Below are positions 1-11,403 of a stretch of 64,000 nt of DNA, piece after piece (positions within the stretch are counted from its first letter, which is position 1; every line of letters starts with the position of its first letter). Under the pieces are notes generated by a model, which saw nothing but the letters and a program-made list of their open reading frames with translations, did not search any database and was not told the DNA's origin. The DNA is from Caldimonas sp. (GTDB taxonomy: Bacteria > Pseudomonadota > Gammaproteobacteria > Burkholderiales > Burkholderiaceae_C). The stretch is taken from the NCBI GenBank assembly GCA_036272325.1, contig DATAYY010000022.1:14739-78738 (forward strand), written 5' to 3'. Position numbers and translations under genes: made by a program.

Positions 1-474
1 CCGACGTTCGACGACATCGGCGAGCGGATCGCCTACCTGCGCTGGCTCGGCGCGATGAGCGATCGGCTGCGCCGGCAGAAGACCGAGCTCGTCACCCGCG
101 TCGAGTTCCTGCAGACGCTCTGGTACGAAAGCAAGCGCTCCGGGCTCGAGCCGGCGCTGTTGCTCGGCCTGGTGCAAGTCGAGAGCAACTTTCGCAAGTA
201 CGCTATTTCGCTCGCCGGCGCGCGCGGCTACACGCAGGTGATGCCATTCTGGGCGCGGTTGATCGGCGACGGCGACGCCGGGCGGCTCTTTCACATGCAG
301 ACCAACCTGCGCTTCGGCTGCGTGATCCTGCGCCACTATCTCGACCGCGAGCACGGCGACCTCTCCCTGGCGCTCGGCCGCTACAACGGCAGCCGCGGCC
401 GGCCCGAATATCCGAACGCGGTGTTCGGCGCCCGCCGCCTCTGGGACTACATCCCCGCCGACGGGCGCGCCTAG
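1..474 (+). CDS. Lytic transglycosylase (SLT domain), 5'-truncated by window edge
   Basis: Frame open from base 1; SLT motifs LVQVESNF, GARGYTQVMPFW, ALGRYNG. Confidence 0.9.
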   Translation, partial: PTFDDIGERIAYLRWLGAMSDRLRRQKTELVTRVEFLQTLWYESKRSGLEPALLLGLVQVESNFRKYAISLAGARGYTQVMPFWARLIGDGDAGRLFHMQTNLRFGCVILRHYLDREHGDLSLALGRYNGSRGRPEYPNAVFGARRLWDYIPADGRA

Positions 475-1043
475 AGGCCCGGCCAGGCCTTCGGCGCGGC
501 GTCCTCGATGCCGAGCAGGGCAGCGACGCGCTCGGTCGTGTCGGCGACGATCTCATCGATCGTCGTTGGCCGGTGATAGAAGGCGGGCAGCGGCGGAAAG
601 ACGATTGCGCCCATCTCGGTGACGCTGGTCATGTTGCGCAAGTGGGCGAGATTGAGCGGCGTTTCCCGAACCATCAGCACGAGCGTCCGGCGCTCCTTCA
701 GCGCGACGTCGGCGGCGCGTGTCAGGAGGTTGTCCGAGAGGCCGTGCGCGATTGCCGCGAGCGACTTCATCGAGCACGGCGCGATCACGGTCGCGTCGGC
801 GGCGAACGAGCCGCTCGCGATCGCCGCGCCAATGTCGGCCGGCTTGTAGGCGACGTCGGCGAGCGCCTCGAGCGCCTTGCGGTCGAGGCCGAGCTCGTGG
901 TGGACGTTGAGGAGGCCGGCCGCGGTCGCGACGAGATGGATCTCGCGCCCGGCGCGCCGCAGGCGCTCGAGCAGTCTGACCGCGTAGATCGCGCCCGAAG
1001 CCCCGGTCACGCCGACGACGACGCGACCGGAGCGCCCGGCCAC
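471..1043 (-). CDS. ubiX: Flavin prenyltransferase UbiX
   Basis: VVGVTGASGAIYA N-terminus; APCSMKSL, RETPL, PPLPAFY motifs. Confidence 0.95.
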   Translation of the reverse strand: MAGRSGRVVVGVTGASGAIYAVRLLERLRRAGREIHLVATAAGLLNVHHELGLDRKALEALADVAYKPADIGAAIASGSFAADATVIAPCSMKSLAAIAHGLSDNLLTRAADVALKERRTLVLMVRETPLNLAHLRNMTSVTEMGAIVFPPLPAFYHRPTTIDEIVADTTERVAALLGIEDAAPKAWPGL

Positions 1044-1045
1044 GA

Positions 1046-1363
1046 TCAGGCGGCGATGCCGAGGGTCTGCTGCAGCTCGCCGGCCTGGTACATCTCGGTC
1101 ATGATGTCCGAGCCGCCCACGAACTCGCCGTTGACGTAGAGCTGCGGGATCGTCGGCCAGTCGGAATACGACTTGATGCCCTGGCGGATCTCCTCGTCTT
1201 CGAGGACGTTGACCGTCTTCAGGTCATTGACGCCGCAGGCCTTGAGGATCTGGATCGCGCGGCCCGAGAAGCCGCACATCGGGAATTGCGCGGTGCCCTT
1301 CATGAACAGCACGACGCGGTGGTTCCTGACGAGGTCGTCGATGCGCTGTTGAACGTCGCTCAT
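1046..1363 (-). CDS. grxD: Monothiol glutaredoxin Grx4
   Basis: LFMKG...CGFS, WPTIPQLYVNGEFVGGSD. Confidence 0.97.
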   Translation of the reverse strand: MSDVQQRIDDLVRNHRVVLFMKGTAQFPMCGFSGRAIQILKACGVNDLKTVNVLEDEEIRQGIKSYSDWPTIPQLYVNGEFVGGSDIMTEMYQAGELQQTLGIAA

Positions 1364-1452
1364 GGTGCGAGTCGCCTGGTGATGTCGATCAGGAGACTGT
1401 ACCGGGAATCACCCGGCAAGCGCCTGGCGAGGCCATGCCGGCAGGCGCCGGC

Positions 1453-2085
1453 TCAGAACGAATAGGAGACGCCGAGCTGGACGACCGGAGCCAGGTGCAT
1501 GTCGCGGACGACGTCGTCGAGGCTTTGCGCGCCGCTGAAGACGCGGCCGAAGCGAACGACGTTGCCTGGGTTCTGCGAGACGACGCCGAGATCGGCGCTG
1601 AAGCTCCAGCCGCTCTTGACGGCGAGGTTGCTGTAGCCGATTCCGATGTAGGGCACGGTCGAGCTGTCGACCGATGCATCGCTCGCCATAGGCGTCCCCG
1701 GCGAAGCACCGAAGAGGCGACGATTGCTGGCGAACAGGCCGCCGGCGGACGACGACGAGGCCGTGCCGAGCAGCGGGCTACGCGCGCCGATGAGGACGCC
1801 GCTGGTCGCCCGAAAGCCCGTCGATGGCGTGCCGTCGGCAGGCCTTGAACCGCCGAGGTAGACGTCGCCGAGCAAGCCGAGTCCGCCGACCTGCAGGCCG
1901 GTCCGCTCGATCGGCACCAAGTCGGCTCGCCAGCCCGGCGCGCCCGGGGCGAAGGCGATCCGGCTCTGGAAGCTCGACCAGGCAACGCGATCGGCGTTGG
2001 CGGAGAGCCCATCGCCCTCGGCGTGCGCGCCGACCGTGGTCAGCGCAGAGGCAACTGCGGCACAGATCCAGAGCACGTTGCGCAT
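1453..2085 (-). CDS. Hypothetical exported protein, probable outer-membrane beta-barrel
   Basis: ATG at 2085 preceded by GAGGAG; Sec signal ending AHA; alternating beta strands; C-terminal VQLGVSYSF. Confidence 0.7.
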   Translation of the reverse strand: MRNVLWICAAVASALTTVGAHAEGDGLSANADRVAWSSFQSRIAFAPGAPGWRADLVPIERTGLQVGGLGLLGDVYLGGSRPADGTPSTGFRATSGVLIGARSPLLGTASSSSAGGLFASNRRLFGASPGTPMASDASVDSSTVPYIGIGYSNLAVKSGWSFSADLGVVSQNPGNVVRFGRVFSGAQSLDDVVRDMHLAPVVQLGVSYSF

Positions 2086-2266
2086 GGAAACTCCTCGACC
2101 ACCGGGGTGGATCGGGCCGCTTTCACGACCGGAGTTCATCGTACGACGGTGCGTCCGAAAAAGCTGTTGGCTCCGCGCAGCAGTGGGCCTGGTCCGCCGC
2201 CGGGACGCGGTTTTTTCACGGGGAAAAGGCGCTGATGCGACGTACGGTGACGGTTGTGACCGGGAG

Positions 2267-3121
2267 TTAGGCGGCACCCGGGAGCCGACCGGCGGTGGCC
2301 CGTTCGTGGCCTGCCAGATCGTTCCGGGTCCCGACCTCGACCAGCCCGGCCCGAGTCAAGAGGGCGCGGACGGCGGCGGCCTGGTCGAAGCCGTGCTCGA
2401 CGACGAGCCAGCCGCCCGCCACCAGGTGAGCCGGGCTGCCGGAGGCGATCGCGCGCAGCGCATCGAGGCCGTCGCCGCCCGGACTGAGCGCGATCAGGGG
2501 CTCGTGGCGCAAGGCCGCAAGGTGGGGATCGCCAGCAGCGACGTATGGCGGATTGGCGAGCGCGAGATCGAACCTCCGGCCGGCCACCGCGTCCCACCAG
2601 GCGCCTTCGACGAAGTCGATCGCGAGCCCCGTTCGATCGGCATTGCGGCGTGCGACCGCGAGCGCGGCCGCGCTGGCGTCGCTCGCAACCACGGTCGCGC
2701 CCGGATGCAGGCGCTTCAGGGCGAGGGCGATCGCGCCGCTGCCGGTGCCGAGATCGACGACGGTGGTCTGTCGGACCTCGCCCGCCGCGGCGTGCGCGCG
2801 GGCGATGCCGGCGATCAGCGACGACGCCCAGTCGACGATGAGCTCGGTCTCCGGGCGTGGTACGAGGACGTCGGCGTTGACCTCGAGCACCAGACCGTGG
2901 AATTCCTTCTCGCCGAGCAGGTAGGCGAGCGGCTCGCCGGCTGCGCGCCGGGCGAGCCAGCCCAACCATCGCTCGCTTTCTTCCGCGGTGAGATCCCGCT
3001 CGTCGTGCGCGATCAACGCCGTGCGGGGCGTCGCCAGGATGCGTGCGAGCAGCAGCTGGGCATCCAGCAAGGCGATGCCGCGGGCGCGCGCCTCGGTGAG
3101 CATCGCGGCGACGGTCGTCAC
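2267..3121 (-). CDS. prmC: Release factor glutamine methyltransferase PrmC (HemK)
   Basis: GTG start overlaps prfA TGA (GTGA); [20 protein letters not shown]. Confidence 0.95.
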   Translation of the reverse strand: MTTVAAMLTEARARGIALLDAQLLLARILATPRTALIAHDERDLTAEESERWLGWLARRAAGEPLAYLLGEKEFHGLVLEVNADVLVPRPETELIVDWASSLIAGIARAHAAAGEVRQTTVVDLGTGSGAIALALKRLHPGATVVASDASAAALAVARRNADRTGLAIDFVEGAWWDAVAGRRFDLALANPPYVAAGDPHLAALRHEPLIALSPGGDGLDALRAIASGSPAHLVAGGWLVVEHGFDQAAAVRALLTRAGLVEVGTRNDLAGHERATAGRLPGAA

Positions 3122-4215
3122 GAGGCGCCGCTCTCGAGCGCAGCGAGCTGTTCCGCGGCCTGCGCCGCCTGCAGCGCCGTGACGAGCTCGTCGAGGTCGC
3201 CGTCGAGGATGGCCTGCAGCTTGTAGAGCGTCAGGCCGATGCGATGGTCGGTGACGCGGCCCTGCGCGAAGTTGTAGGTGCGGATGCGGTCGCTGCGATC
3301 GCCGCTGCCGATCAGGCCCTTGCGCGTTGCCGCTTCCTTTGCTGCGCGCTCCGAACGCTCCTTCTCGCGCAGGCGCGCCGTCAGCACTGCGAGCGCCTTC
3401 GCCTTGTTGCGGTGCTGCGAGCGGTCGTCCTGGCACTCGGCGACGATGCCGGTCGGCAGGTGGGTGATGCGGATTGCGCTGTCGGTCTTGTTGACGTGCT
3501 GGCCGCCGGCGCCGCTGGCACGGAAGGTGTCGATGCGCAGCTCGCTCGGATCGAGCGTCACTTCCTCGGCTTCGTCGGGCTCGGGCAGGACCGCGACCGT
3601 GCAGGCGCTGGTGTGGATGCGCCCCTGCGTCTCGGTCGCGGGAACGCGCTGCACGCGATGGCCGCCCGACTCGAACTTGAGCGCCGCGTAGACCAGCTCG
3701 CCATCGATCCTGACGACAAGCTCCTTGTAGCCGCCGAGGTCGCTCGCGCTTTCCGACAGGACTTCGGTTCGCCAGCGCCTGCGCTCGGCGTAGCGCAGGT
3801 ACATCCGCGCCAGGTCGGCGGCGAACAGCCCGGATTCGTCGCCACCGGTGCCGGCGCGGATCTCGAGAAAGACGTTGCGCGTGTCGTCGGTGTCGCGTGG
3901 CAGCAGGGCTGCCTGCAACTCGCCGAGCAGCCGCTCGAGGTCGGCCCGGGCGGCGACGGATTCGTCCCGCGCGAGGCCGGCCATCTCATCGTCGCCGGCG
4001 GCTTCGGCGAGCAACTGCCCGGCGGACGCGAGGTCGCGCTCGCGCTGCTCGTAGCGGCGGAACAGCTCGACCAGCGTGCTTGCTTCGGCGTGCTCGCGGC
4101 CGAGCTCGCGGTAGCGCTTCATGTCGGCCGCGATGCTGCCGTCGGCAAGGAGCGCGTCGAGCTCGCCGAGGCGCAGGGCAAGGCGTTCGAACTGCTGGCG
4201 GAAGGACGGTCTCAT
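3118..4215 (-). CDS. prfA: Peptide chain release factor 1
   Basis: GAGGQHVN (GGQ), RVQRVPATE (PxT), RIRTYNF; ATG at 4215. Confidence 0.97.
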   Translation of the reverse strand: MRPSFRQQFERLALRLGELDALLADGSIAADMKRYRELGREHAEASTLVELFRRYEQRERDLASAGQLLAEAAGDDEMAGLARDESVAARADLERLLGELQAALLPRDTDDTRNVFLEIRAGTGGDESGLFAADLARMYLRYAERRRWRTEVLSESASDLGGYKELVVRIDGELVYAALKFESGGHRVQRVPATETQGRIHTSACTVAVLPEPDEAEEVTLDPSELRIDTFRASGAGGQHVNKTDSAIRITHLPTGIVAECQDDRSQHRNKAKALAVLTARLREKERSERAAKEAATRKGLIGSGDRSDRIRTYNFAQGRVTDHRIGLTLYKLQAILDGDLDELVTALQAAQAAEQLAALESGAS

Positions 4216-4286
4216 GGCGGGGTTCGAAAAGCTCGGTTGACGGTGGGCGGCAGAAATGCCGCAGGCAGGGCGCGGCGAGAGCGCCG

Positions 4287-5570
4287 CTAGCGCTTGCCGT
4301 TGCCGAGATTGCGGCCGCTGCCGCGCAGGAACAGGCGCATCACCGTCTGCGTGAGGCGGGCGCGCTCGTCGCCTTCGACCGCCTTCAGCTCGGCGAACGT
4401 GCCGTGCAGCATCTTTTGCGTCAAGCCGCGCGACAGGACTTCGAGGACGGCCTCGACGTCCTCGCCGCCGGCGAGGAGCTTCTTCGCCCGCGCGATCTCG
4501 AGCGAGCGCCAGTCGTCGGCCTGCGCCTGCAGGGCCTGGATCAGCGGCACCGAGCCGCGCTGGTCGAGCCACTGGACGAAGCTCTGGACCCCGGTCTCGA
4601 TGATCGCCTCGGCCTGCGCGACCGCGGCCTCGCGCTTCTCGCCGCCGGTCTGGACCAGCGCCGAAAGGTCGTCGATGGTGTAGAGGTAGACGTCGGAGAG
4701 GCGCGCGACCTCGGGCTCGATGTCGCGCGGCACCGCGAGGTCGACCATGAACATCGGCCGGTGGCGACGCGCCTTCAGCGCCCGCTCGACCGCGCCGAGG
4801 CCGATGATCGGCAGCGAGCTCGCCGTGCACGAGACGACGATGTCGAACTCTGCGAGCCGCGACGGCAGCTCGGCGAGGGGAAAGGTCGAAGCGTGGAAGC
4901 GCGCGCCGAGCTCGTCGGCCCGCGCTGCGCCGCGGTTGGCGACCGCAAGCTGGCGCGGCTGACACGCCGCGAAGTGCGTCGCGGCGAGCTCGATCATCTC
5001 GCCGGCGCCGACCAAGAGCACCCGGGTCTGGTGCAGATCCTCGAACAGCTGCGAGGCGAGGCGCACCGCCGCCGCCGCCATGCTGATCGAATGACTGCCG
5101 ATCTCGGTCGATGAGCGCACTTCCTTGGCGACCGCGAATGAACGCTGAAACATCTGCTGCAGTGTCGTCCCGAGCGTACCCGCGCTGCCGGCCTCGCGTA
5201 CCGCCTGCTTCAGCTGGCCGAGGATCTGCGGCTCGCCGAGGACCATCGAGTCGAGGCCGCTGGCGACGCGAAACGCGTGCCGCGCTGCCGAGGATCCCTC
5301 GAGGACGTAGGCATGCGGGCGCAGCGCCGCCGTCTGCACGCCGCCCATGTCGGCCAGCCAGGCGAGGGCCGGGTCGAGCGCGCTCGGCGGCGCGCCGACG
5401 TAGATCTCGGTCCGGTTACAGGTCGACACGATCGCCACTTCCTCGATCCGATCGAGACGCGAGCGAAACGACTTCAGGGTCGTCGCCAGCTGCTGCGGCG
5501 CGAGGGCGAACCGGCCGCGCAGATCCAGCGGCGCGGTCGTGTGGTTGAGCCCCAGCGCGAAGACGCTCAT
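4287..5570 (-). CDS. hemA: Glutamyl-tRNA reductase
   Basis: [43 protein letters not shown]. Confidence 0.97.
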   Translation of the reverse strand: MSVFALGLNHTTAPLDLRGRFALAPQQLATTLKSFRSRLDRIEEVAIVSTCNRTEIYVGAPPSALDPALAWLADMGGVQTAALRPHAYVLEGSSAARHAFRVASGLDSMVLGEPQILGQLKQAVREAGSAGTLGTTLQQMFQRSFAVAKEVRSSTEIGSHSISMAAAAVRLASQLFEDLHQTRVLLVGAGEMIELAATHFAACQPRQLAVANRGAARADELGARFHASTFPLAELPSRLAEFDIVVSCTASSLPIIGLGAVERALKARRHRPMFMVDLAVPRDIEPEVARLSDVYLYTIDDLSALVQTGGEKREAAVAQAEAIIETGVQSFVQWLDQRGSVPLIQALQAQADDWRSLEIARAKKLLAGGEDVEAVLEVLSRGLTQKMLHGTFAELKAVEGDERARLTQTVMRLFLRGSGRNLGNGKR

Positions 5571-5576
5571 CGAGGG

Positions 5577-5586
5577 ATTATAAAAT
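5577..5586. promoter_or_regulatory. Overlapping divergent -10 hexamers (TATAAT on minus for hemA; TAAAAT on plus)
   Basis: ATTATAAAAT island in a 25-nt gap between divergent starts. Confidence 0.6.
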
Positions 5587-5595
5587 TCATGCTCC

Positions 5596-5871
5596 TTGCA
5601 GCCGTCCGACGCCTTCTGGCATCTCACCAACTTCTTCGCGCCTGCGGTCGTTCTCGGTGCGATCGCGGCGGCGGCGGCGAAGCTGATCTGGTGGCGCGAG
5701 CTCGCCGCCGTCGGCGGCCTGCGTCTGTGGGCGTGGGCAAGCGGGGCGGCGGCGATCGCTGCCATGGCCGGCCTCGTCGTCTTCGCACATGACGGCGAGA
5801 TGGCGACCTACGCCGCGATGGTGCTCGCCTGCGCCGCTGCGCTCTGGTGGGCTGGCTTTCGCGGTCGCTGA
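5596..5871 (+). CDS. Small three-TM membrane protein
   Basis: TTG start; hydrophobic helices; WHLTNFFAPA N-terminal motif; fills gap between hemA and miaB. Confidence 0.7.
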   Translation: MQPSDAFWHLTNFFAPAVVLGAIAAAAAKLIWWRELAAVGGLRLWAWASGAAAIAAMAGLVVFAHDGEMATYAAMVLACAAALWWAGFRGR

Positions 5872-5897
5872 CCGGGCACGGCAGTCCGCGCTGACGC

Positions 5898-7238
5898 TCA
5901 GGCGACCAACTCGCCGCGCAGGGTGTGGCCGCGGGCTTGCGAGATCCGGACGTCGACGAACTCGCCCGCGCATCGGTCGGCCGCCGCCAGGTTGACGACG
6001 CGGTTGCACGACGTTCGCCCCATCAGCTCGCTCCCGTCCTTGCGCGACGCGCCTTCCAGCAGCACGCGCTGGACGGTGCCGACCCGCGACCGACTGATGG
6101 TGTCGCCTTGCGCCTCGAGCAGCGCCTGCAGCCGCTGCAGGCGCGCCTGTTTCTCGGCGAACGGTGTCTCGTCGGCGAGCGCGGCGGCCGGCGTTCCGGG
6201 GCGGGCACTGTAGAGAAAGCTGAAGCTGTGGTCGAAGCCGACCTCTTCGATCAGCGCCATCGCGCGCTCGAAGTCGTCCCCCGTCTCGCCGGGAAAGCCG
6301 ACGATGAAGTCGCTCGAGATCGAAATCTGCGGCCGCACCGCGCGAAGCCTGCGCACCGTGCTCTTGTATTCGAGCGCCGTGTAGCCGCGCTTCATCGCGG
6401 CGAGGATGCGGTCGCTGCCGTGCTGCACCGGCAGGTGCAGGTGGTCGACGAGCTTGGGCGTCGTCGCGTAGACGTCGATCAGACGCTGCGTGAATTCCTT
6501 CGGATGACTCGTCGTGTAGCGGATCCGCTCGATGCCCGGGATCTCGGCGATGTACTCGATCAGCGTCGCGAAGTCGGCGATGTCGGCGCTCGACCCCATC
6601 GCGCCGCGGTACGCGTTGACATTCTGGCCAAGCAAGGTCACTTCGCGGACGCCCTGGTCGGCGAGGCCGGCGATCTCGACCAGGACGTCATCGAGCGGGC
6701 GCGAGATCTCCTCGCCGCGCGTGTAGGGGACGACGCAGTACGAGCAGTACTTCGAGCAGCCCTCCATGATCGAGACGAAGGCTGTCGGCCCCTCGACGCG
6801 CGCCGGCGGCAGGTGGTCGAACTTCTCGATCTCGGGAAAGCGGATGTCGATCTGCGGCCGGCCTTCGCTCTGCCGGCGCGCCAGCATCTCGGGCAGGCGG
6901 TGCAGCGTCTGCGGCCCGAACACCAGATCGACGTACGGCGCGCGCTCGACGATCGCCGCGCCTTCCTGGCTGGCGACGCAACCGCCGACGCCGATCAACG
7001 CTCCGCGCGCCTTCAGATGCTTGACGCGACCGAGATCGCTGAACACCTTCTCCTGCGCCTTCTCGCGTACCGAGCAGGTGTTGAAGAGGATCAGGTCGGC
7101 GTCGTCGGCGTTGGCGGTCGGCTCGTATCCGGCCGCCTCGCGCAGGACGTCAGCCATCTTGTCGGAGTCGTACACGTTCATCTGGCAGCCGAAGGTCTTG
7201 ATGAAGACCCGCGGCCTGGCGCGAATGCCGTTGCTCAT
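5898..7238 (-). CDS. miaB: tRNA-i6A37 methylthiotransferase MiaB
   Basis: [16 protein letters not shown], radical [12 protein letters not shown]-terminal TRAM domain. Confidence 0.97.
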   Translation of the reverse strand: MSNGIRARPRVFIKTFGCQMNVYDSDKMADVLREAAGYEPTANADDADLILFNTCSVREKAQEKVFSDLGRVKHLKARGALIGVGGCVASQEGAAIVERAPYVDLVFGPQTLHRLPEMLARRQSEGRPQIDIRFPEIEKFDHLPPARVEGPTAFVSIMEGCSKYCSYCVVPYTRGEEISRPLDDVLVEIAGLADQGVREVTLLGQNVNAYRGAMGSSADIADFATLIEYIAEIPGIERIRYTTSHPKEFTQRLIDVYATTPKLVDHLHLPVQHGSDRILAAMKRGYTALEYKSTVRRLRAVRPQISISSDFIVGFPGETGDDFERAMALIEEVGFDHSFSFLYSARPGTPAAALADETPFAEKQARLQRLQALLEAQGDTISRSRVGTVQRVLLEGASRKDGSELMGRTSCNRVVNLAAADRCAGEFVDVRISQARGHTLRGELVA

Positions 7239-7615
7239 GGCTTCGACCAGACCTGGCCCACCGGATCGAAGCTCCAGGCCTGCGCCTGCTCGAGCGTGCT
7301 TGGCCACGGCTGCACGGCGGCCTCGTCCGGGCGGAGGATCCAGACGTCCCTGACGAGGCCGGTGGTGTCGAGCGTGTAGTGGACGAGATACGGCCCGCCG
7401 ATGAGCGTGCTCGGAACGGCGACCATGTTGTTGGCGTCGCGGACGCGCGAGCCCGGCGCGAGTCGCGTTCGCTCGCCGTTGAGCAGGATGTCGGGAGCGA
7501 CGCCGACGACGAGAGTGCCGCGCAGTGCGTTCTGCGGGAACGCGCGCTGCACCTGGGCGCTCACGGGGGCGACGATGCAGACAGCGGCGAGGAGTGCGGT
7601 GGCGGTTCGGATCAT
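7235..7615 (-). CDS. Hypothetical exported protein
   Basis: Sec signal peptide; stop overlaps miaB ATG (ATGA). Confidence 0.75.
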   Translation of the reverse strand: MIRTATALLAAVCIVAPVSAQVQRAFPQNALRGTLVVGVAPDILLNGERTRLAPGSRVRDANNMVAVPSTLIGGPYLVHYTLDTTGLVRDVWILRPDEAAVQPWPSTLEQAQAWSFDPVGQVWSKP

Positions 7616-7675
7616 GCGGCTTTGGCCGGCGTCGCGAGCCGCGGCAGGAACGGCGCGGCAGCTGCGACGGCAATC

Positions 7676-7752
<77 letters not shown>

Positions 7753-7762
7753 TGAGCCTACG

Positions 7763-7768
7763 AGTATA
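7763..7768 (-). promoter_or_regulatory. Putative -10 (TATACT) of tRNA-Met
   Basis: TATACT 10 nt upstream of mature 5' end. Confidence 0.45.
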
Positions 7769-7858
7769 GCGAGCCGACTCGCTGCGATCGGTCGCCGCGG
7801 CGTCGGCCTTGCCCCGTATCGCGGGCGCTCTTCCTGCACCGGCACGGGCCGGCCTTCA

Positions 7859-9118
7859 ATGTTCAGCTTCTTCAAGAAAAAGCCGTCCTCCGGCGCAACC
7901 GTGCCGACGCCGGCCGCGACTTCGGCGATGGATTCCGGCCCCGGGTCCGCGGCGAGCGCGACCGGATCGGCGGCACCCCCCGACAGCGATCGCCAGCGCG
8001 GCGCGCTCGGTTGGCTGAACGCCGACGTCGGCGAGCTCTTCTTCGGCAAGAGGCCAACCGAAGCTGCACCGGCGTCCGGACCTGAAGCTGCGCCAGCAAC
8101 GCCGCGGCCGACCGTGCCGCCGCTTTCGGAACTGGCGTTGCCGCTGCCGGTCGAGGACAGCGCGGCCGAGCGCGCCGGCTGGCTTGCCAAGCTGAAGACC
8201 GGCCTGCAGCGCACCGGGTCGACGATTGCGAGCGCGTTCATCGGCGCCGAGATCGGCGACGCGCTGTACGAGGACCTCGAGGGGGCGCTGCTGCAGGCCG
8301 ATGCCGGCGCTGACGCGACCCTCTATCTGCTCGAGCAGCTGCAGGCCCGCGTCAACCGCACGCATGTGCGCGATGCTGCGGCGGCGCGGCGGTTGCTCGC
8401 GACCCTCGTCGAGGAGTTGCTGCAGCCGCTCGAGCGACCGCTCGTCGTCGGCGAGCACACGCCGACGGTGATCATGGTCGTCGGGGTCAACGGCGCCGGC
8501 AAGACGACCAGCATCGGCAAGCTGGCGCGGCACCTGCTCGACTCGCAGCAAAACGTCCTCCTTGCCGCCGCCGATACCTTCCGGGCCGCTGCGCGCGAGC
8601 AGCTGCTCGCCTGGGCCGAGCGCGCCGGGACCGGCGGCGGCGCTGCGTCGCGCGGCGCGGGCCGGATCGAGATCGTCAGCCAGGAGGGCGGCGATCCGGC
8701 CGGCGTCACGTTCGATGCTGTCGTCGCCGGCAAGGCGCGCGGCTGCGATGTCGTCATCGTCGACACTGCCGGCCGACTCGCGACGCAGGCGCACCTGATG
8801 GAGGAGCTGAAGAAGATGAAGCGGGTGATCGGCAAGGCAGAGCCCGGCGCGCCGCACGAGGTGTTGCTCGTGATCGATGGCAACACCGGCCAGAACGCGT
8901 TGGCGCAAGTCCAGGCATTCGATGAAGCGCTGCAGCTCACGGGGCTCGTCATCACCAAGCTCGACGGCACCGCGAAGGGCGGCGTCCTCGCCGCGATCGC
9001 ACTCTGGTCGCGTTCGCGCGCCGAGCCGCTGCCGGTCTATTTCCTGGGCGTCGGCGAGAAGCTCGCCGATCTGCAGACCTTTCGCGCGCGCGAGTTCGCT
9101 GCGGCGCTGGTCGGCTGA
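7859..9118 (+). CDS. ftsY: SRP receptor FtsY
   Basis: MFSFFKKK amphipathic start; GVNGAGKTT, DTFRAAA, DTAGR, TKLDGTAKGG. Confidence 0.97.
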   Translation: MFSFFKKKPSSGATVPTPAATSAMDSGPGSAASATGSAAPPDSDRQRGALGWLNADVGELFFGKRPTEAAPASGPEAAPATPRPTVPPLSELALPLPVEDSAAERAGWLAKLKTGLQRTGSTIASAFIGAEIGDALYEDLEGALLQADAGADATLYLLEQLQARVNRTHVRDAAAARRLLATLVEELLQPLERPLVVGEHTPTVIMVVGVNGAGKTTSIGKLARHLLDSQQNVLLAAADTFRAAAREQLLAWAERAGTGGGAASRGAGRIEIVSQEGGDPAGVTFDAVVAGKARGCDVVIVDTAGRLATQAHLMEELKKMKRVIGKAEPGAPHEVLLVIDGNTGQNALAQVQAFDEALQLTGLVITKLDGTAKGGVLAAIALWSRSRAEPLPVYFLGVGEKLADLQTFRAREFAAALVG

Positions 9119-9119
9119 G

Positions 9120-9947
9120 CTAGCGCTTCTCCGGCGGCGGCAGCTCGGCGCTGACCGACTCGAGGTCGTCGAACCACGAGGTGTTGCTCGGCTCGCGCAC
9201 TTCGATGACCTCGCCCTTCGACCAGTCGCGGTCGGTGTCGGCAAACGGATCGACCGCCGGGCCGCCTTCGACGTAGGCGTCGCCGAGCGGTGCGCCGGCC
9301 AGGGTCGGCTCGTTCATCGCCGCCGCATCGCCGAATGCGGCTTCGCTGAATTCGGCGGCGCCGACCACGGCTGCCGACGCGGCGGTCATCGCCGGGGCCG
9401 CCTTCTTCGCCATGAAGGAGGGCACCGCCGGGACGCTCGGCAGGATCTTCTCGCGCGCTGCCTCGATCGAGGGCAGCTTCTCTTCGTTCCAGACGTGGAG
9501 CGGGATCTTCGCCGCCTTCAGCGCTCGGGCGACGCGGTCGAGGCGGATGCGCACCTTCTCGTCGAGCTGGTCCAGCGGCGGGCGGACTTCGACGACGGAG
9601 ACGACCTGCGACGTGACGTCGCAGACGACGAAGTCGACGCACTGGTTGCCGAGCCGGCGCATCCACTCGGCGTACGAGTTGCGCTTCGGGACGCTGAGGA
9701 AGCGTGCGAGCGGCACCTGGGCGAGCACCAGGTAGCCGGGCAGCGCAAGCTTCAAGGTGCTGAACGCCAGCCGCTCCGACGAACGCAGGATGCGCGTCGG
9801 CTCGGGCGGCCAGCCGGCCAGGGTGTCGAGCCGCTCCGCAGGCGTCTCGGGCCGAATCGGCGGGCCTTGCCGTCGCGCGAGCCACCAGACGAGCGGCACG
9901 GCGCAAAGGAGAGCGATCACCGAGATGTGAATGGGATTGAGATCCAT
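9120..9947 (-). CDS. DUF2726-like protein with N-terminal TM anchor
   Basis: N-terminal TM; SERLAF...LAQVPLARFL...VDFVVCD...VVEV pattern; acidic tail. Confidence 0.75.
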   Translation of the reverse strand: MDLNPIHISVIALLCAVPLVWWLARRQGPPIRPETPAERLDTLAGWPPEPTRILRSSERLAFSTLKLALPGYLVLAQVPLARFLSVPKRNSYAEWMRRLGNQCVDFVVCDVTSQVVSVVEVRPPLDQLDEKVRIRLDRVARALKAAKIPLHVWNEEKLPSIEAAREKILPSVPAVPSFMAKKAAPAMTAASAAVVGAAEFSEAAFGDAAAMNEPTLAGAPLGDAYVEGGPAVDPFADTDRDWSKGEVIEVREPSNTSWFDDLESVSAELPPPEKR

Positions 9948-9987
9948 CGCTTCCTTCGCTGCAAACAGGAGCGTCGTGGCGGGCGCC

Positions 9988-11367
<1,380 letters not shown>

Positions 11368-11403
11368 GTCGTCAGGCGATGGACCGTCAGTACACTTCGG
11401 TCG

